Below are positions 46,338-56,900 of a stretch of 64,000 nucleotides of DNA, in pieces. Position 1 is the first letter of the stretch, and each line of letters opens with the position of its first letter. The stretch spans positions 1,911-65,910 of the forward strand of contig WGBX01000079.1 of NCBI GenBank assembly GCA_015494075.1, given 5' to 3'. A model generated the notes under the pieces. The model was not told where the DNA came from and searched no databases. It saw nothing but the letters and a program-made list of their open reading frames with translations. The translations under genes and the position numbers were made by a program. The stretch is from Flavobacteriaceae bacterium. GTDB taxonomy: Bacteria; Bacteroidota; Bacteroidia; Flavobacteriales; Flavobacteriaceae.

Positions 46338-46774
46338 TAGTTTTTAGAAATTTCGTCAGGTAGTTCATTACGGTCATCTGTTTGATGTGGAAAAAAAGTT
46401 TTTAATTTTTCTCCCACCAATAATATCCCCTCGACCAAGCCATCGGCATAAGACGAATTTTTAAATTGATTGAGTACAACTTTTGTTACATCTTTCCAAA
46501 AATCAGATGGAACTACTTCATTTATACCTTTATCGGCTATAATAGTCAGCTGTCTATGTTTCACATCAATATAAAATAAAACACCATTTGCTGCTTTTGT
46601 TTGTGTCATACCAATTTTATTAAAAACCTCCCAAACATATTGCATGGAAGGTTTTTCTTTATTTTTTGATTCTAAATGTACACGAATTTCACCCGAAGTG
46701 TTATTCTCAGCCTGCTTAATAGCTGCAATTATACGTTGTTCTTCCTCAGAGTTTAAAAAAGCTTCCGGAGTCAT
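46337..46774 (-). CDS. TPM domain protein (TLP18.3/Psb32-like phosphatase family)
   Basis: TSGEIRVHLE ... NGVLFYIDVKHRQLTIIADKGI pattern of TPM domains. Its stop overlaps the next gene's start by 1 nt. Confidence 0.7.
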   Translation of the reverse strand: MTPEAFLNSEEEQRIIAAIKQAENNTSGEIRVHLESKNKEKPSMQYVWEVFNKIGMTQTKAANGVLFYIDVKHRQLTIIADKGINEVVPSDFWKDVTKVVLNQFKNSSYADGLVEGILLVGEKLKTFFPHQTDDRNELPDEISKN

Positions 46775-47371
46775 TTAAAATTCTACTTTTGGTGCTTTTT
46801 CGGCGCCTTTATCACTTTGAAAACGAGCCATTGGTTTAAATCCGAACATACCAGCTAATAAATTACCCGGAAATTTTCTGATATAAATATTATATTTATT
46901 AACCGCATCATTATAACGATCACGTTCAACTTTAATACGGTTTTCAGTTCCTTCCAGTTGGCTTTGCAATTCACTAAAATGCTGATCGGCTTTTAGTTCC
47001 GGATATTTTTCAACTGTAACCAATAACCGGCTCAAAGCACCGCTCAAGCCTTGTTGTGCTTGTTGAAATTTAGCCAATTGTTCAGGAGTTATATTAGTTG
47101 GATCTATTTTGGTTTGGGTTGCTGCTGCTCTTGCATTTACAACAGCTTCCAAAGTACCTTTTTCATGTGCGGCATAACCTTTTACGGTATTGACCAAATT
47201 TGGAATTAAATCGGCTCTTCTTTGATAAGCGCTTTCTACTTTTGACCATGCTGTTTTGGCATTTTCTTGATATTCGACGCCGGTATTATAAAAGCCGACA
47301 AAAAAACGATATAAAATAAAAGCGAGTAATAAAATACCACCTAAAACTGCTAAGGATTTTTTCATAATCAA
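46775..47371 (-). CDS. lemA: LemA family protein
   Basis: N-terminal TM anchor and the motifs YQRRADLIPNLV and RYNDAVNKYN. The start could be the Met at 47365. Confidence 0.9.
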   Translation of the reverse strand: MIMKKSLAVLGGILLLAFILYRFFVGFYNTGVEYQENAKTAWSKVESAYQRRADLIPNLVNTVKGYAAHEKGTLEAVVNARAAATQTKIDPTNITPEQLAKFQQAQQGLSGALSRLLVTVEKYPELKADQHFSELQSQLEGTENRIKVERDRYNDAVNKYNIYIRKFPGNLLAGMFGFKPMARFQSDKGAEKAPKVEF

Positions 47372-47407
47372 TTTTTTAATTTAGTTTTTTGTAAAAATAC
47401 GAAAAAA

Positions 47408-47737
47408 TCATAAGTTTTCTCTTATTTTTTTTAATTCTGTTTTAACGTACTCTAAACGGTCAATGATAGATAAATTCTTATTGATTTTTTGTCGGCTAGC
47501 TTTAATTGTTTTTTTAGCTCCTTCAAGGGTAAAGCCTTTTTCTTTGACCAGATGATATATAAGCCGAAATTGTTCAAGTTCTTTTTTAGAATAAAGTCTT
47601 TCGCCTTTAGCATTTTTTTTGGGTTTTAATATAAAGGAAAACTCTCTTTCCCAATAACGAATTAACGAGGGATTGACATTAAAGGCGTTAGCAATTTCAC
47701 CGGTTCGGTAATATAATTTATCCGGAAGGTTTGCCAT
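47408..47737 (-). CDS. MerR family transcriptional regulator (short, no effector domain)
   Basis: HTH segment YYRTGEIANAFNVNPSLIRYWEREF ... RLYSKKELEQFRLI. 109 aa. Confidence 0.8.
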   Translation of the reverse strand: MANLPDKLYYRTGEIANAFNVNPSLIRYWEREFSFILKPKKNAKGERLYSKKELEQFRLIYHLVKEKGFTLEGAKKTIKASRQKINKNLSIIDRLEYVKTELKKIRENL

Positions 47738-48708
47738 TAGTCTAAAGATTGGTTTTCTTCTTTGGCCAACTTTCTTAATTGTGCATACATTTGAGGTGTC
47801 AAATCATTATAATAATAATTAATAGGATTAACTTTTCTTCCATTAACATGTACTTCATAATGGCAGTGCGGGCCTGCAGATAGTCCTGTATTGCCCACAT
47901 AACCTATGATTTCACCTCTTTTGACCTTTTGTCCTTTTTTTACAGCAACTTTATTCATATGTCCATAAAGTGTTTCGTAACCAAAACCATGATTAATAAC
48001 AACATGCTGACCATAACCGTTAGCTTTCCAGCCTGCATGTGTTACAATGCCATCTGCTGTAGCATAAATTGGTGTACCTGTTTTAGCTGAAAAATCCATT
48101 CCCCAATGCATTTTTCTGGTTTTTAATATTGGATGTATTCTCATACCATATCCGGAGGCCATTCTCTTCAAATCTTTATTTTGTACCGGTTGAATAGCGG
48201 GCAAATGAGCTAACATTTTTTCTTTATTTTTTGCTAATTTAACTACTTCATCAAATGATTTTGATTGCACCACCAGTTGTTTTTCGATCTTTTCAGCTTC
48301 TTGCATTGATTTTTTTATCAAATCAGAATCAGAATAACCTTCAAGGTTTTTATATAAATCTACTCCCCCGTATCCACCTGCTCTAACTTCATCAGAAATG
48401 GGTTCAGCTTCAAAAATAGTACGGTAAATATTATTATCCCGTTGTTTAATATCATTTAAAACCAATTGAATTTTTTCCATCTTTTTATCTAAGAGGGTAT
48501 AATTTAATTTTAAATTTTCATTTTCTCTCATCAGATTTTTTTCACGGGGAGTTAAAAAATAACCATTAGGAGAAGATAACAATAAAATAATAATTCCTAT
48601 ACCAACAATTAAACCGGCTAAAAATATGGTTAACCATTTTTTAGATGAGGTTTCAACTTGTTTATATGATAGTGTTTCCGGATCGTAAATAAATTTCCGT
48701 TTAGACAT
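47737..48708 (-). CDS. M23 family peptidoglycan metalloendopeptidase
   Basis: HWGMDFSAKTGTPIYATADG ... GNTGLSAGPHCHYEV zinc-binding motifs, an N-terminal TM anchor and a coiled coil. Confidence 0.85.
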   Translation of the reverse strand: MSKRKFIYDPETLSYKQVETSSKKWLTIFLAGLIVGIGIIILLLSSPNGYFLTPREKNLMRENENLKLNYTLLDKKMEKIQLVLNDIKQRDNNIYRTIFEAEPISDEVRAGGYGGVDLYKNLEGYSDSDLIKKSMQEAEKIEKQLVVQSKSFDEVVKLAKNKEKMLAHLPAIQPVQNKDLKRMASGYGMRIHPILKTRKMHWGMDFSAKTGTPIYATADGIVTHAGWKANGYGQHVVINHGFGYETLYGHMNKVAVKKGQKVKRGEIIGYVGNTGLSAGPHCHYEVHVNGRKVNPINYYYNDLTPQMYAQLRKLAKEENQSLD

Positions 48709-48742
48709 ATTTTGTTTTATTTTTGTTGCTCTAAAATTAAGC

Positions 48743-48750
48743 TATATTTG
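48743..48750 (+). promoter_or_regulatory. Candidate -7 promoter box (TATATTTG) for alaS
   Basis: Exact TAnnTTTG 44 nt upstream of ATG 48795. The GTG at 48768 used by the ORF track would fall at or before the transcription start. Confidence 0.5.
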
Positions 48751-48794
48751 CTGTTACACATAACCTAGTGTGCAAATTTAAAAAAAATATTCAG

Positions 48795-51431
48795 ATGAAA
48801 ATGTTAAATTCGAAAGAGATACGACAAACTTTTTTAGATTTTTTTGCCTCAAAAGGGCATAAAATAGTGCCTTCGGCACCTATTGTTTTAAAAAATGACC
48901 CAACCCTGATGTTTACCAATGCCGGTATGAATCAGTTTAAAGAATACTTCCTTGGGTATAAAAAGCCGTCGTACAAACGCATTACTGATACTCAAAAATG
49001 CTTACGTGTATCGGGCAAGCACAATGATTTGGAAGAGGTTGGTTTGGATACATACCATCATACCATGTTTGAGATGCTGGGAAATTGGAGTTTTGGAGAT
49101 TATTTTAAGAAAGAAGCTATCGCTTGGGCTTGGGAACTTTTAACGGAAGTTTATAAAATAAATCCAAAAAATTTATATGTTACTGTATTTGAAGGTGCTG
49201 AAAAAGAAGGACTTGCCAAAGATTCCGAGGCATATGAATTATGGAAAAATCATATAGATGAAGATCGTATTTTATTAGGCAATAAAAAAGATAATTTTTG
49301 GGAAATGGGTGCTAGCGGACCTTGTGGTCCCTCATCTGAAATACATGTAGATTTGCGTAGTGATGAAGCAAAACAACTTGTCTCCGGTAAAGAATTGGTC
49401 AATAAAGACCATCCCGAAGTAATTGAAATTTGGAATTTGGTTTTTATCGAATTTAACCGTAAAGCTGATGGAAGTTTAGAAAAATTGCCGGATCGTCATA
49501 TTGATACAGGCATGGGATTTGAGCGTTTGGCGATGGTTCTTCAAGGAAAAAAGTCAAACTACGATACAGATATTTTTATTCCCCTTATTAAACAAATTGA
49601 AAAACTTTCGGGAAAAGTATATGGCAAAAATACGCCCGATGATATTGCTATGCGTGTTATTGCAGATCATGTCAGAGCTGTTGCTTTTTCAATAGCAGAT
49701 GGACAGTTACCCTCTAATACCGGAGCTGGATATGTGATTCGCAGAATTTTAAGAAGAGCTATCCGTTATGGATTTACATTTTTGGATCTTAAAGAACCTT
49801 TTATTTATAGACTCGTCCCAACCTTAACTGATATTATGGGAGAGGCTTTTCCTGAAATTGTCAAACAACAGGATCTGATTATAAATGTTATTCGTGAAGA
49901 GGAACAATCTTTTTTGCGAACATTAGAACAAGGTTTAGTTTTATTAAATAAAATAATTGAAACAACAAACGGTGATAAAATTCCGGGGGCTAAAGTCTTT
50001 GAACTTTATGACACCTTTGGTTTTCCGAAAGACCTTACAGCATTGATTTTAAGAGAAAACGGAAAATATTTTGATGAAAAAGAGTTTGAAACTGAAATGT
50101 CCAAACAAAAACAACGTTCAAAATCTGCTGCAAGCTTGACAACAGATGATTGGATTATAATTAACAATCATCAAAATGAGAAATTTATTGGTTATGATCA
50201 TCTTGAAACACCAATAAAAATAACCAAATACCGTAAGGTCAATTCAAAAAAAGATGGCGATCATTATCAAATGGTTTTTGACCAAACACCGTTTTATCCC
50301 GAAAGTGGCGGTCAGGTAGGCGACAGTGGTTATATTGAAGATGAAAAAGGTATAAAAATTCCTATTTTAGACACTAAAAAAGAAAATAATCTAATTATTC
50401 ATATTGCTAAAGAACTTCCTGAAAATCCTGCTGGAAATTTTAAAGCTGTTGTAGACAAAAAAAGTCGCTCTAAGACGGCTGCCAACCACTCTGCCACACA
50501 TTTATTGCACCAAGCATTACGTGAGGTTTTAGGTACGCATGTTGAACAAAAAGGCTCATTAGTTGCACCCACACATTTACGATTTGACTTTTCTCATTTT
50601 AGCAAACTTACTGAGGAGCAACTTCAACAAGTTGAAGACTTAGTAAACAAACGCATTGAAGAAAAGCTTGCTTTAGTTGAAAAAAGGAATATCCCTATAA
50701 AAGAAGCACTTCAAGAAGGCGCTATGGCATTGTTTGGAGAAAAATACGGCGATAAAGTACGTATGATTAAATTTGGAAATCATGCTGAACTTTGTGGTGG
50801 TACGCATGTAAATAACACTGCTGACATTTGGCAATTTAAAATTTTAAACGAAAGTGCTATTGCAGCAGGAATACGTCGGATTGAAGCTATCACAGGTGAG
50901 ACTGTTAAAGATTATTACAAACAACAAGATGCCCAATTGTCTGCTATAAAAAAAACACTCAAATATCCTACTGATTTACAACAGAGCATTTCAAATTTGC
51001 AAAATGATAACCTGCGACTTAAAAAAGAATTGGAACAATTGAAAAAAGAAAAAGCCGGCTATTTGAAAGAACAGCTCCAAAATGAATTTGAACCTATTGG
51101 TTCCATTCAATTCATAAGTAAGAAACTAGATTTAGATAGTGCTACTATCAAAGATCTGTTATTTTCATTAGGAAAAAACAAAACCGATATTGTAGCTATA
51201 ATTGGTTCAGAAGACAAAGGGAAAGCCATTATCAGTTTATACATTTCAAAAGAACTGGTGGATAAGTATGGTTTGAATGCCGGAAAAATAATTAGAGAAG
51301 TTGCTAGGGAAATTAAAGGTGGCGGAGGTGGTCAAGCTTTTTTTGCTACTGCCGGCGGCAAAAATCCATCAGGCTTAACACAAGCTTTAAATAAAGCAAA
51401 AGAATTGATTAAAATGCAAGTATCTGATTAA
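48795..51431 (+). CDS. alaS: Alanine--tRNA ligase
   Basis: [16 protein letters not shown]-terminus, [10 protein letters not shown] and the editing-domain HSATHLLH motif. Start at ATG 48795 or 48801. Confidence 0.97.
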   Translation: MKMLNSKEIRQTFLDFFASKGHKIVPSAPIVLKNDPTLMFTNAGMNQFKEYFLGYKKPSYKRITDTQKCLRVSGKHNDLEEVGLDTYHHTMFEMLGNWSFGDYFKKEAIAWAWELLTEVYKINPKNLYVTVFEGAEKEGLAKDSEAYELWKNHIDEDRILLGNKKDNFWEMGASGPCGPSSEIHVDLRSDEAKQLVSGKELVNKDHPEVIEIWNLVFIEFNRKADGSLEKLPDRHIDTGMGFERLAMVLQGKKSNYDTDIFIPLIKQIEKLSGKVYGKNTPDDIAMRVIADHVRAVAFSIADGQLPSNTGAGYVIRRILRRAIRYGFTFLDLKEPFIYRLVPTLTDIMGEAFPEIVKQQDLIINVIREEEQSFLRTLEQGLVLLNKIIETTNGDKIPGAKVFELYDTFGFPKDLTALILRENGKYFDEKEFETEMSKQKQRSKSAASLTTDDWIIINNHQNEKFIGYDHLETPIKITKYRKVNSKKDGDHYQMVFDQTPFYPESGGQVGDSGYIEDEKGIKIPILDTKKENNLIIHIAKELPENPAGNFKAVVDKKSRSKTAANHSATHLLHQALREVLGTHVEQKGSLVAPTHLRFDFSHFSKLTEEQLQQVEDLVNKRIEEKLALVEKRNIPIKEALQEGAMALFGEKYGDKVRMIKFGNHAELCGGTHVNNTADIWQFKILNESAIAAGIRRIEAITGETVKDYYKQQDAQLSAIKKTLKYPTDLQQSISNLQNDNLRLKKELEQLKKEKAGYLKEQLQNEFEPIGSIQFISKKLDLDSATIKDLLFSLGKNKTDIVAIIGSEDKGKAIISLYISKELVDKYGLNAGKIIREVAREIKGGGGGQAFFATAGGKNPSGLTQALNKAKELIKMQVSD

Positions 51432-51474
51432 ACAACAGCCCGCTTTTATGTAGGTTGTTTAATTTATTTTGTTT

Positions 51475-52191
51475 ATGAATGTAATTATAGCCAGCACTTC
51501 GACCGTTTATGGTGGTAAATATCTCGATTATTTGACAGAAGAGTTAAAATCTCTTTTTGCAAATATAGAAGAACTGCTTTTCATTCCATATGCCCGCCCT
51601 AATGGTATGAGTTATGATGAATATACTCAATTAGCAAACAATTATTTCAAATTCTTAGACATTAAAGTAAATGGCATTCATACATTTGATGAGCCCAAAA
51701 AAGCAATTGCCAATGCTAAAGCAGTTTTTGTCGGTGGCGGAAACACCTTTGTTTTAGTAAAAACTTTATATGAATATAATTTGTGGTCTGTATTAAAACA
51801 AAAAATTGATAATGGAATGCCTTATTTAGGAACGAGTGCCGGATCAAACATTACGGGGCAAACCATGAGAACAACTAATGATATGCCAATTGTACCGGTT
51901 CCTTCTTATAAGACAATGGGAATTTTCCCTTTCAATATCAATCCTCATTATTTAGATACTACGCCAGAATTGTTAAAACATATGGGAGAAACCCGAGATA
52001 CAAGACTCAAAGAATATTTACATTTTAACCACACGCCGGTTGTCGCATTAAGAGAAGGAAGTTATATTAAAGCTAGAAAAAATCAATATCTATTAAAAGG
52101 TTCTTATAATGCCCGTGTATATTTTGAGATAAATAATGTTCAAGAAATTGCCCCTGAAACTGATTTAAAACCACTTTTTGAAAACTCGTAA
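51475..52191 (+). CDS. pepE: Dipeptidase E (peptidase S51)
   Basis: S51 layout with the nucleophile motif YLGTSAGSNI. ATG 51475 is preferred over TTG 51469. Confidence 0.85.
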   Translation: MNVIIASTSTVYGGKYLDYLTEELKSLFANIEELLFIPYARPNGMSYDEYTQLANNYFKFLDIKVNGIHTFDEPKKAIANAKAVFVGGGNTFVLVKTLYEYNLWSVLKQKIDNGMPYLGTSAGSNITGQTMRTTNDMPIVPVPSYKTMGIFPFNINPHYLDTTPELLKHMGETRDTRLKEYLHFNHTPVVALREGSYIKARKNQYLLKGSYNARVYFEINNVQEIAPETDLKPLFENS

Positions 52192-52256
52192 TAAAAACAT
52201 CCAATTTATAATAAGACGAATTTTAATCTCAAATAAAATTATTGTATAATTAGTAT

Positions 52257-52739
52257 TTATAAATTAGAGCTATCAAAAATTAAAGGTAATAAATCATGTA
52301 ATGAGTCAGATTTATAAACTTTTCCTACCTCACCCATAAAATATATTTCGATAGGGCTTTCTTGTTTAATTTCGTATTCGGCAATGGCTTGTCGGCAAGC
52401 ACCACAAGGCGGAATAGGCTGATCTAACCTATGGTTTTCGGAACGTGCTGTAATAGCCATTTTTAAAATTTTTTTATCAGGATATTGTGCTCCTGCTGAC
52501 CATATAGCCACTCGTTCAGCGCACATTCCTGATGGATAAGCCGCATTTTCTTGATTATTTCCCGTAACGACAATCCCATTTTCTAACAATAAAGCCGCTC
52601 CTACTTTAAAATGAGAGTATGGAGCATAAGCCATCTCTCGAATAGCTATGGCTTGAGCCATTAATGTTTGAATATCATCGGGTAATTCATCTATGTTTGA
52701 ATAAACACTTATCTCTGAAAATATTTTTATTTTTTCCAC
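52257..52739 (-). CDS. cdd: Cytidine deaminase
   Basis: Zinc motifs CAERVAI and PCGACRQ. 160 aa. Confidence 0.9.
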   Translation of the reverse strand: MEKIKIFSEISVYSNIDELPDDIQTLMAQAIAIREMAYAPYSHFKVGAALLLENGIVVTGNNQENAAYPSGMCAERVAIWSAGAQYPDKKILKMAITARSENHRLDQPIPPCGACRQAIAEYEIKQESPIEIYFMGEVGKVYKSDSLHDLLPLIFDSSNL

Positions 52740-52778
52740 AATTCAATTATTTATAACGCCCGTAGGGCAATAAAACAT

Positions 52779-53933
52779 TTATTTTTTTTCATTTGAACCA
52801 CCTTTGGCAAAATCATCGATATTAAATGTTAAAGAAAAACGCATCGTATTGTCCAAAGGAGAACGCAACTGACCCACAGAAAATAAATATGAAAGGTCCA
52901 TTATTAAATAATTATATTTAAATCCTGCTCCGATAGTAAAATATTTACGGCCTCCTTTAATGTCACTTTCATGAAAGTAACCTGAACGGAGCGAAAAAGA
53001 ATCTAAATAGGTATATTCGGCCCCTGCTGACCATTGAAATTCTTTCAATTCTTCACTAAATCCACCGGGCGCATCTGTAAATGATTGGAATATTCCTGTC
53101 ATCCAATTAACATTATCATCTTTTCCGGAAATAATATTTCCGTCAGCATCTCTAATTGGCGGTGTAGGCACCAGTAACTTATTAGTTTCAAATGTTACGC
53201 CAATTGTATTATATTGATCCATGATAAAATCAAAACCTGCTCCTAATTTTAAATTAGTCGGTAAAAAATCACCGTCATCATTGTCATAATATTTCATTTT
53301 AGGGCCTAAATTCTGAATGTTAAAACCTAGACGATAGCGTCCTTGAAAATCTTTAAAATCAATTTCATCAGAAACATAATAACCATTAATATCAACCGCA
53401 AAACTTTGAGCAGCAGAAGCATCATCAGTTCCGGTTCCTAATTTTAAATCGGAAAAGATAAAACGCATGGCTACACCCATAGCGTAATTATTGGAAAGTT
53501 TCAAAGCATAAGAGCCGTCAATATAAAATTCATTAGGAGAAACAGTACCTGTATAGTTTCCTGCAATATCTGTTAAATCAATATCTCCAAGGCCAAAATA
53601 TTTGATGCTAACACCAAAAGCACTTCGATCGTTAAGCTTGTTATAATATGTCCCATTAATTATTTTTATATCATTAACGAGTTGACTTAAATATGGTGTA
53701 TAACTAAAAGCAAAACCCATTTTATTTTGAATACTGATATACTTGGCCGGATTCCAAAATTGTGAAAATGCATCGGGTGAAGTAGCAACACCCATATCAC
53801 CCATACCTGAAGCCCGCGCATCACTAGATACCAAAATAAAAGGAACAGCTGTAGTAATTACTCTGGAATCAGTCTGGCTCCAAATATTAGTGGTAATTAA
53901 TAAACCCAAAAGGCCGAAATACAATTTTTTCAT
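52779..53933 (-). CDS. porV: Type IX secretion system outer-membrane shuttle protein PorV (LptO)
   Basis: ITTAVPFILVSSDARASGMGDMGVATSPDAFSQFWNPAKY is the characteristic PorV N-terminus. About 385-aa beta-barrel, directly downstream of porU. Confidence 0.85.
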   Translation of the reverse strand: MKKLYFGLLGLLITTNIWSQTDSRVITTAVPFILVSSDARASGMGDMGVATSPDAFSQFWNPAKYISIQNKMGFAFSYTPYLSQLVNDIKIINGTYYNKLNDRSAFGVSIKYFGLGDIDLTDIAGNYTGTVSPNEFYIDGSYALKLSNNYAMGVAMRFIFSDLKLGTGTDDASAAQSFAVDINGYYVSDEIDFKDFQGRYRLGFNIQNLGPKMKYYDNDDGDFLPTNLKLGAGFDFIMDQYNTIGVTFETNKLLVPTPPIRDADGNIISGKDDNVNWMTGIFQSFTDAPGGFSEELKEFQWSAGAEYTYLDSFSLRSGYFHESDIKGGRKYFTIGAGFKYNYLIMDLSYLFSVGQLRSPLDNTMRFSLTFNIDDFAKGGSNEKK

Positions 53934-53956
53934 ATGCTTTAATTTTTGAAGGATTA

Positions 53957-53964
53957 CAAATTTA
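53957..53964 (-). promoter_or_regulatory. Candidate -7 promoter box (TAAATTTG) for porV
   Basis: TAnnTTTG on the minus strand, 23 nt upstream of ATG 53933, inside the 42-nt porU-porV spacer. Confidence 0.4.
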
Positions 53965-53975
53965 CAATAAATATA

Positions 53976-56900
53976 TTATAAGATAACTAATTTTTCTACT
54001 TTTTGTGCTGTTTTGCCTGTCTCTGTACGCACACTCAGTTTATAAATATACACACCTTTTGCAAGTTTATTTCCAAAATCATCACGTCCGTCCCAGTGAA
54101 TGTCTCTTACATTGAAACCTTCTGTATAAATATTTTCTCTATGTTGCCACACCAATTTCCCACTTATTGTAAAAACCTGAAGCAGAACATCCAAATTTTC
54201 GAAAGGATGATTATGATTGAACCAAAATTCGGTATAATTGATAAATGGGTTAGGATAATTTAACACATGATCTATTTGGAGGTCATCATCTTCTACAACT
54301 TGAAAATCCAAGCTTGTAGTACGCGAATTGTTATAAACATCCCAAGCTTTGATATGCAAGGTATGCCAACCGGGTGATATGTTATAAAGCCGGTATTTTA
54401 CACTACCTTGTTTATAAGTGTTATTTTCTGTTTCATAAAAGTCATTTAAAATATAGACTTGAGTTTGATCATCATCTAAATATGCGGTTATATCATGTCC
54501 AATGCCTCCGGTTGTATTAATACCATGTTCGTCTTGCAAATCTAAGATTAAAAACGGGTTTGTATTTGTCAAACCACCTGACACAAAATCCCTATTATTT
54601 AGATAGGCTTTTATTTCCGGCGGTTCATGGTCTTCGGCTGCCTGGGTATCTACGCCACCAATAATAATATTTTCATCAGCACCTATTTTTTCAGAAGTTT
54701 CGTTTACGGCATAAAAACTTAGTCGTCCTTTACCATAATTTAAATTGACATCTTTTGGGACGATAAACTCAAAACTAAACTGCCCGTTAATAATATCAGA
54801 TTTACCTTGAAATAACTTGGCGCCTAATTTTTTAAATGGTAACTGAAAACCATTTCCATCATTATCTAAAGTTTCATCTTGAACATATTTGTCGAAAACA
54901 ATTGGAAAAATAGAACCATTATACTGGGACATAATTTGTCCGTCAACATTTTGAATTTCACCTTTAACTGTCACATGTTGTAAAGCTCTTAGGGTATCGG
55001 TAGGTTTATTATTTACAGATGTTAAAACGATTTTCGGATTGGCAAAACCTAAATCAAATCCGGGGTCGCCTAAAAAAGCAATATTATATTTGCCTATACC
55101 TGAATTAGTATATACTTTGGCTAACCTTAAAGCCTCTGCGGGGTTTTTAATGATAACACCCTGCATCGTAGATTCTAACCCAAATAAAGCATTATAGAAA
55201 TCAGTATTCATATTTTTGGCATTAGAAGTCCATATTTCCCGAATGGTCGATACCAATTCAAGCACGCCACCATCTTTCTTCCAAATCATATGTTCAGCTG
55301 TTGTTTCTCTGGTAGGGTTATCAAACCTAGCAAACTCACATGTCATGGTTGTCATGAGGGGCAGACGGTTAAAGTTATGCAAATTGGGAATGTCTTCCAT
55401 AGTTAGTATCCGTTCATGACTTAAAGCTACTTCATTACCATGTCCTATGTAACCCAATATCAAAGTTCCCTTTTCGAATTGATTAAACAGATCTCTTTTT
55501 GCATCAGGATATCTGGCACCTCCGGGCGTATTGACTTGCTGATAAGCATCTTGATAAATTTTTACCAAATTAAATTCCGGATGCACCTCGTTTATCTTTT
55601 GAGCAATCTCTTCTGTGTTGGTTACAAAAGATACATCTGCCGGATGACCCGGATCGGCATCATCGGCCCAAAGTGTAACGTAAGTACGCCAATTTTGCTT
55701 AGTCTTTAAGGATAAATAATTTTGGTATTTCTCATATAAAACATTTGCTTCATCTTTATTGCGCACTAATAAACGCCCTATTGCTATATCCGGTTGTTCG
55801 TTTGAATTTTCTAGGCGGCCTTCATTATCATCCATCATTACAAAAAAATCATCACTACCGATAGAATTAACTAAGTTAAAAGCATCTAAACTTTCAAATA
55901 TGGGCACAATATTACTGTTTACACCATTGCTGAGCACATTGTCTTTAATTAAATTTTTAAAATCATTGGAAGCATCTCCAAATAACATAACATATTTGAT
56001 TCTTTTATCGGGTGAGCTGGCATTATTATATATATATTTTATCATATTACGAATGGCACTAATGTCTTGCTGGCCATTACCAAATTCATTATAAATTTTT
56101 TGCAAATCTGCTACATAAACATTCAGACCGTTTTGTCTGTGCATTTCTGCAAATTGTTCAGCATTATTATATAAAAATTCAGGTGCAACAATCAAATAAT
56201 CAAGGTCTTTATATTGCCCTGTATGATAAAATACTTCTTTATGTAAATTTTGATTATCTAAAACTATTTCATCAGCCTTTATCGGCGTATAATAATCTTG
56301 TGGATTTACAGCAATAAATCGTGGATGTGCTTCTTGTAAAAAATTGAGTCTGAAATCAGATTGATCATTTAAAAAATATGTAGGATTGAAACGATCTGTT
56401 ATATTCCAAATTTGTTTTATAGATGCTGCTTGGGTAAAATCATAAGCTGCTATACCCTGTTGTGTATCTGCATCTGGATGATAAAATTTGTATTGTTTGC
56501 CAATATCTGTTAAGCGACAAAAAGCAGAGATATTAATATATTCTAAATAGAGGTGTGCATCAAAAAAATTTTTGTTATTATAGACGACTTTAATGTTTAT
56601 CAAATCATCAGGTATAACTTTTTGACCCGAAATAGCGGCATCTGCTCCTACGGAATAGGTTGATAAATAAAAATTGGCTTGACCGGATAATTGACCATTT
56701 ATAAATGCGGTCATATTAGTTTGATTTTTATTTGTAGCAGCTTTGATTTTATAAAACACCGGCTTATCAGTCTCTCGCTGAGGAAAGGAAAATTCTACAG
56801 TTTTAGTATTTTCGGACACATCTAAAGCTTTGTCAAAAACCTTACGTCCCATATAAGTAAAAATAGTTTGATCTTTTTCGTAAAACTGACGGGCTAAATA

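Noticed and set aside
51430-51460. AAACAAC...GTTGTTT hairpin after alaS as a terminator.
   Set aside because: It has only a 7-bp stem and a 17-nt loop, which is too weak to call. pepE may be co-transcribed or use an unrecognised signal.
52740-52778. GCCC-GTA-GGGC mini-hairpin between porV and cdd as a terminator.
   Set aside because: The stem is 4 bp with no U-tract, which is insufficient.
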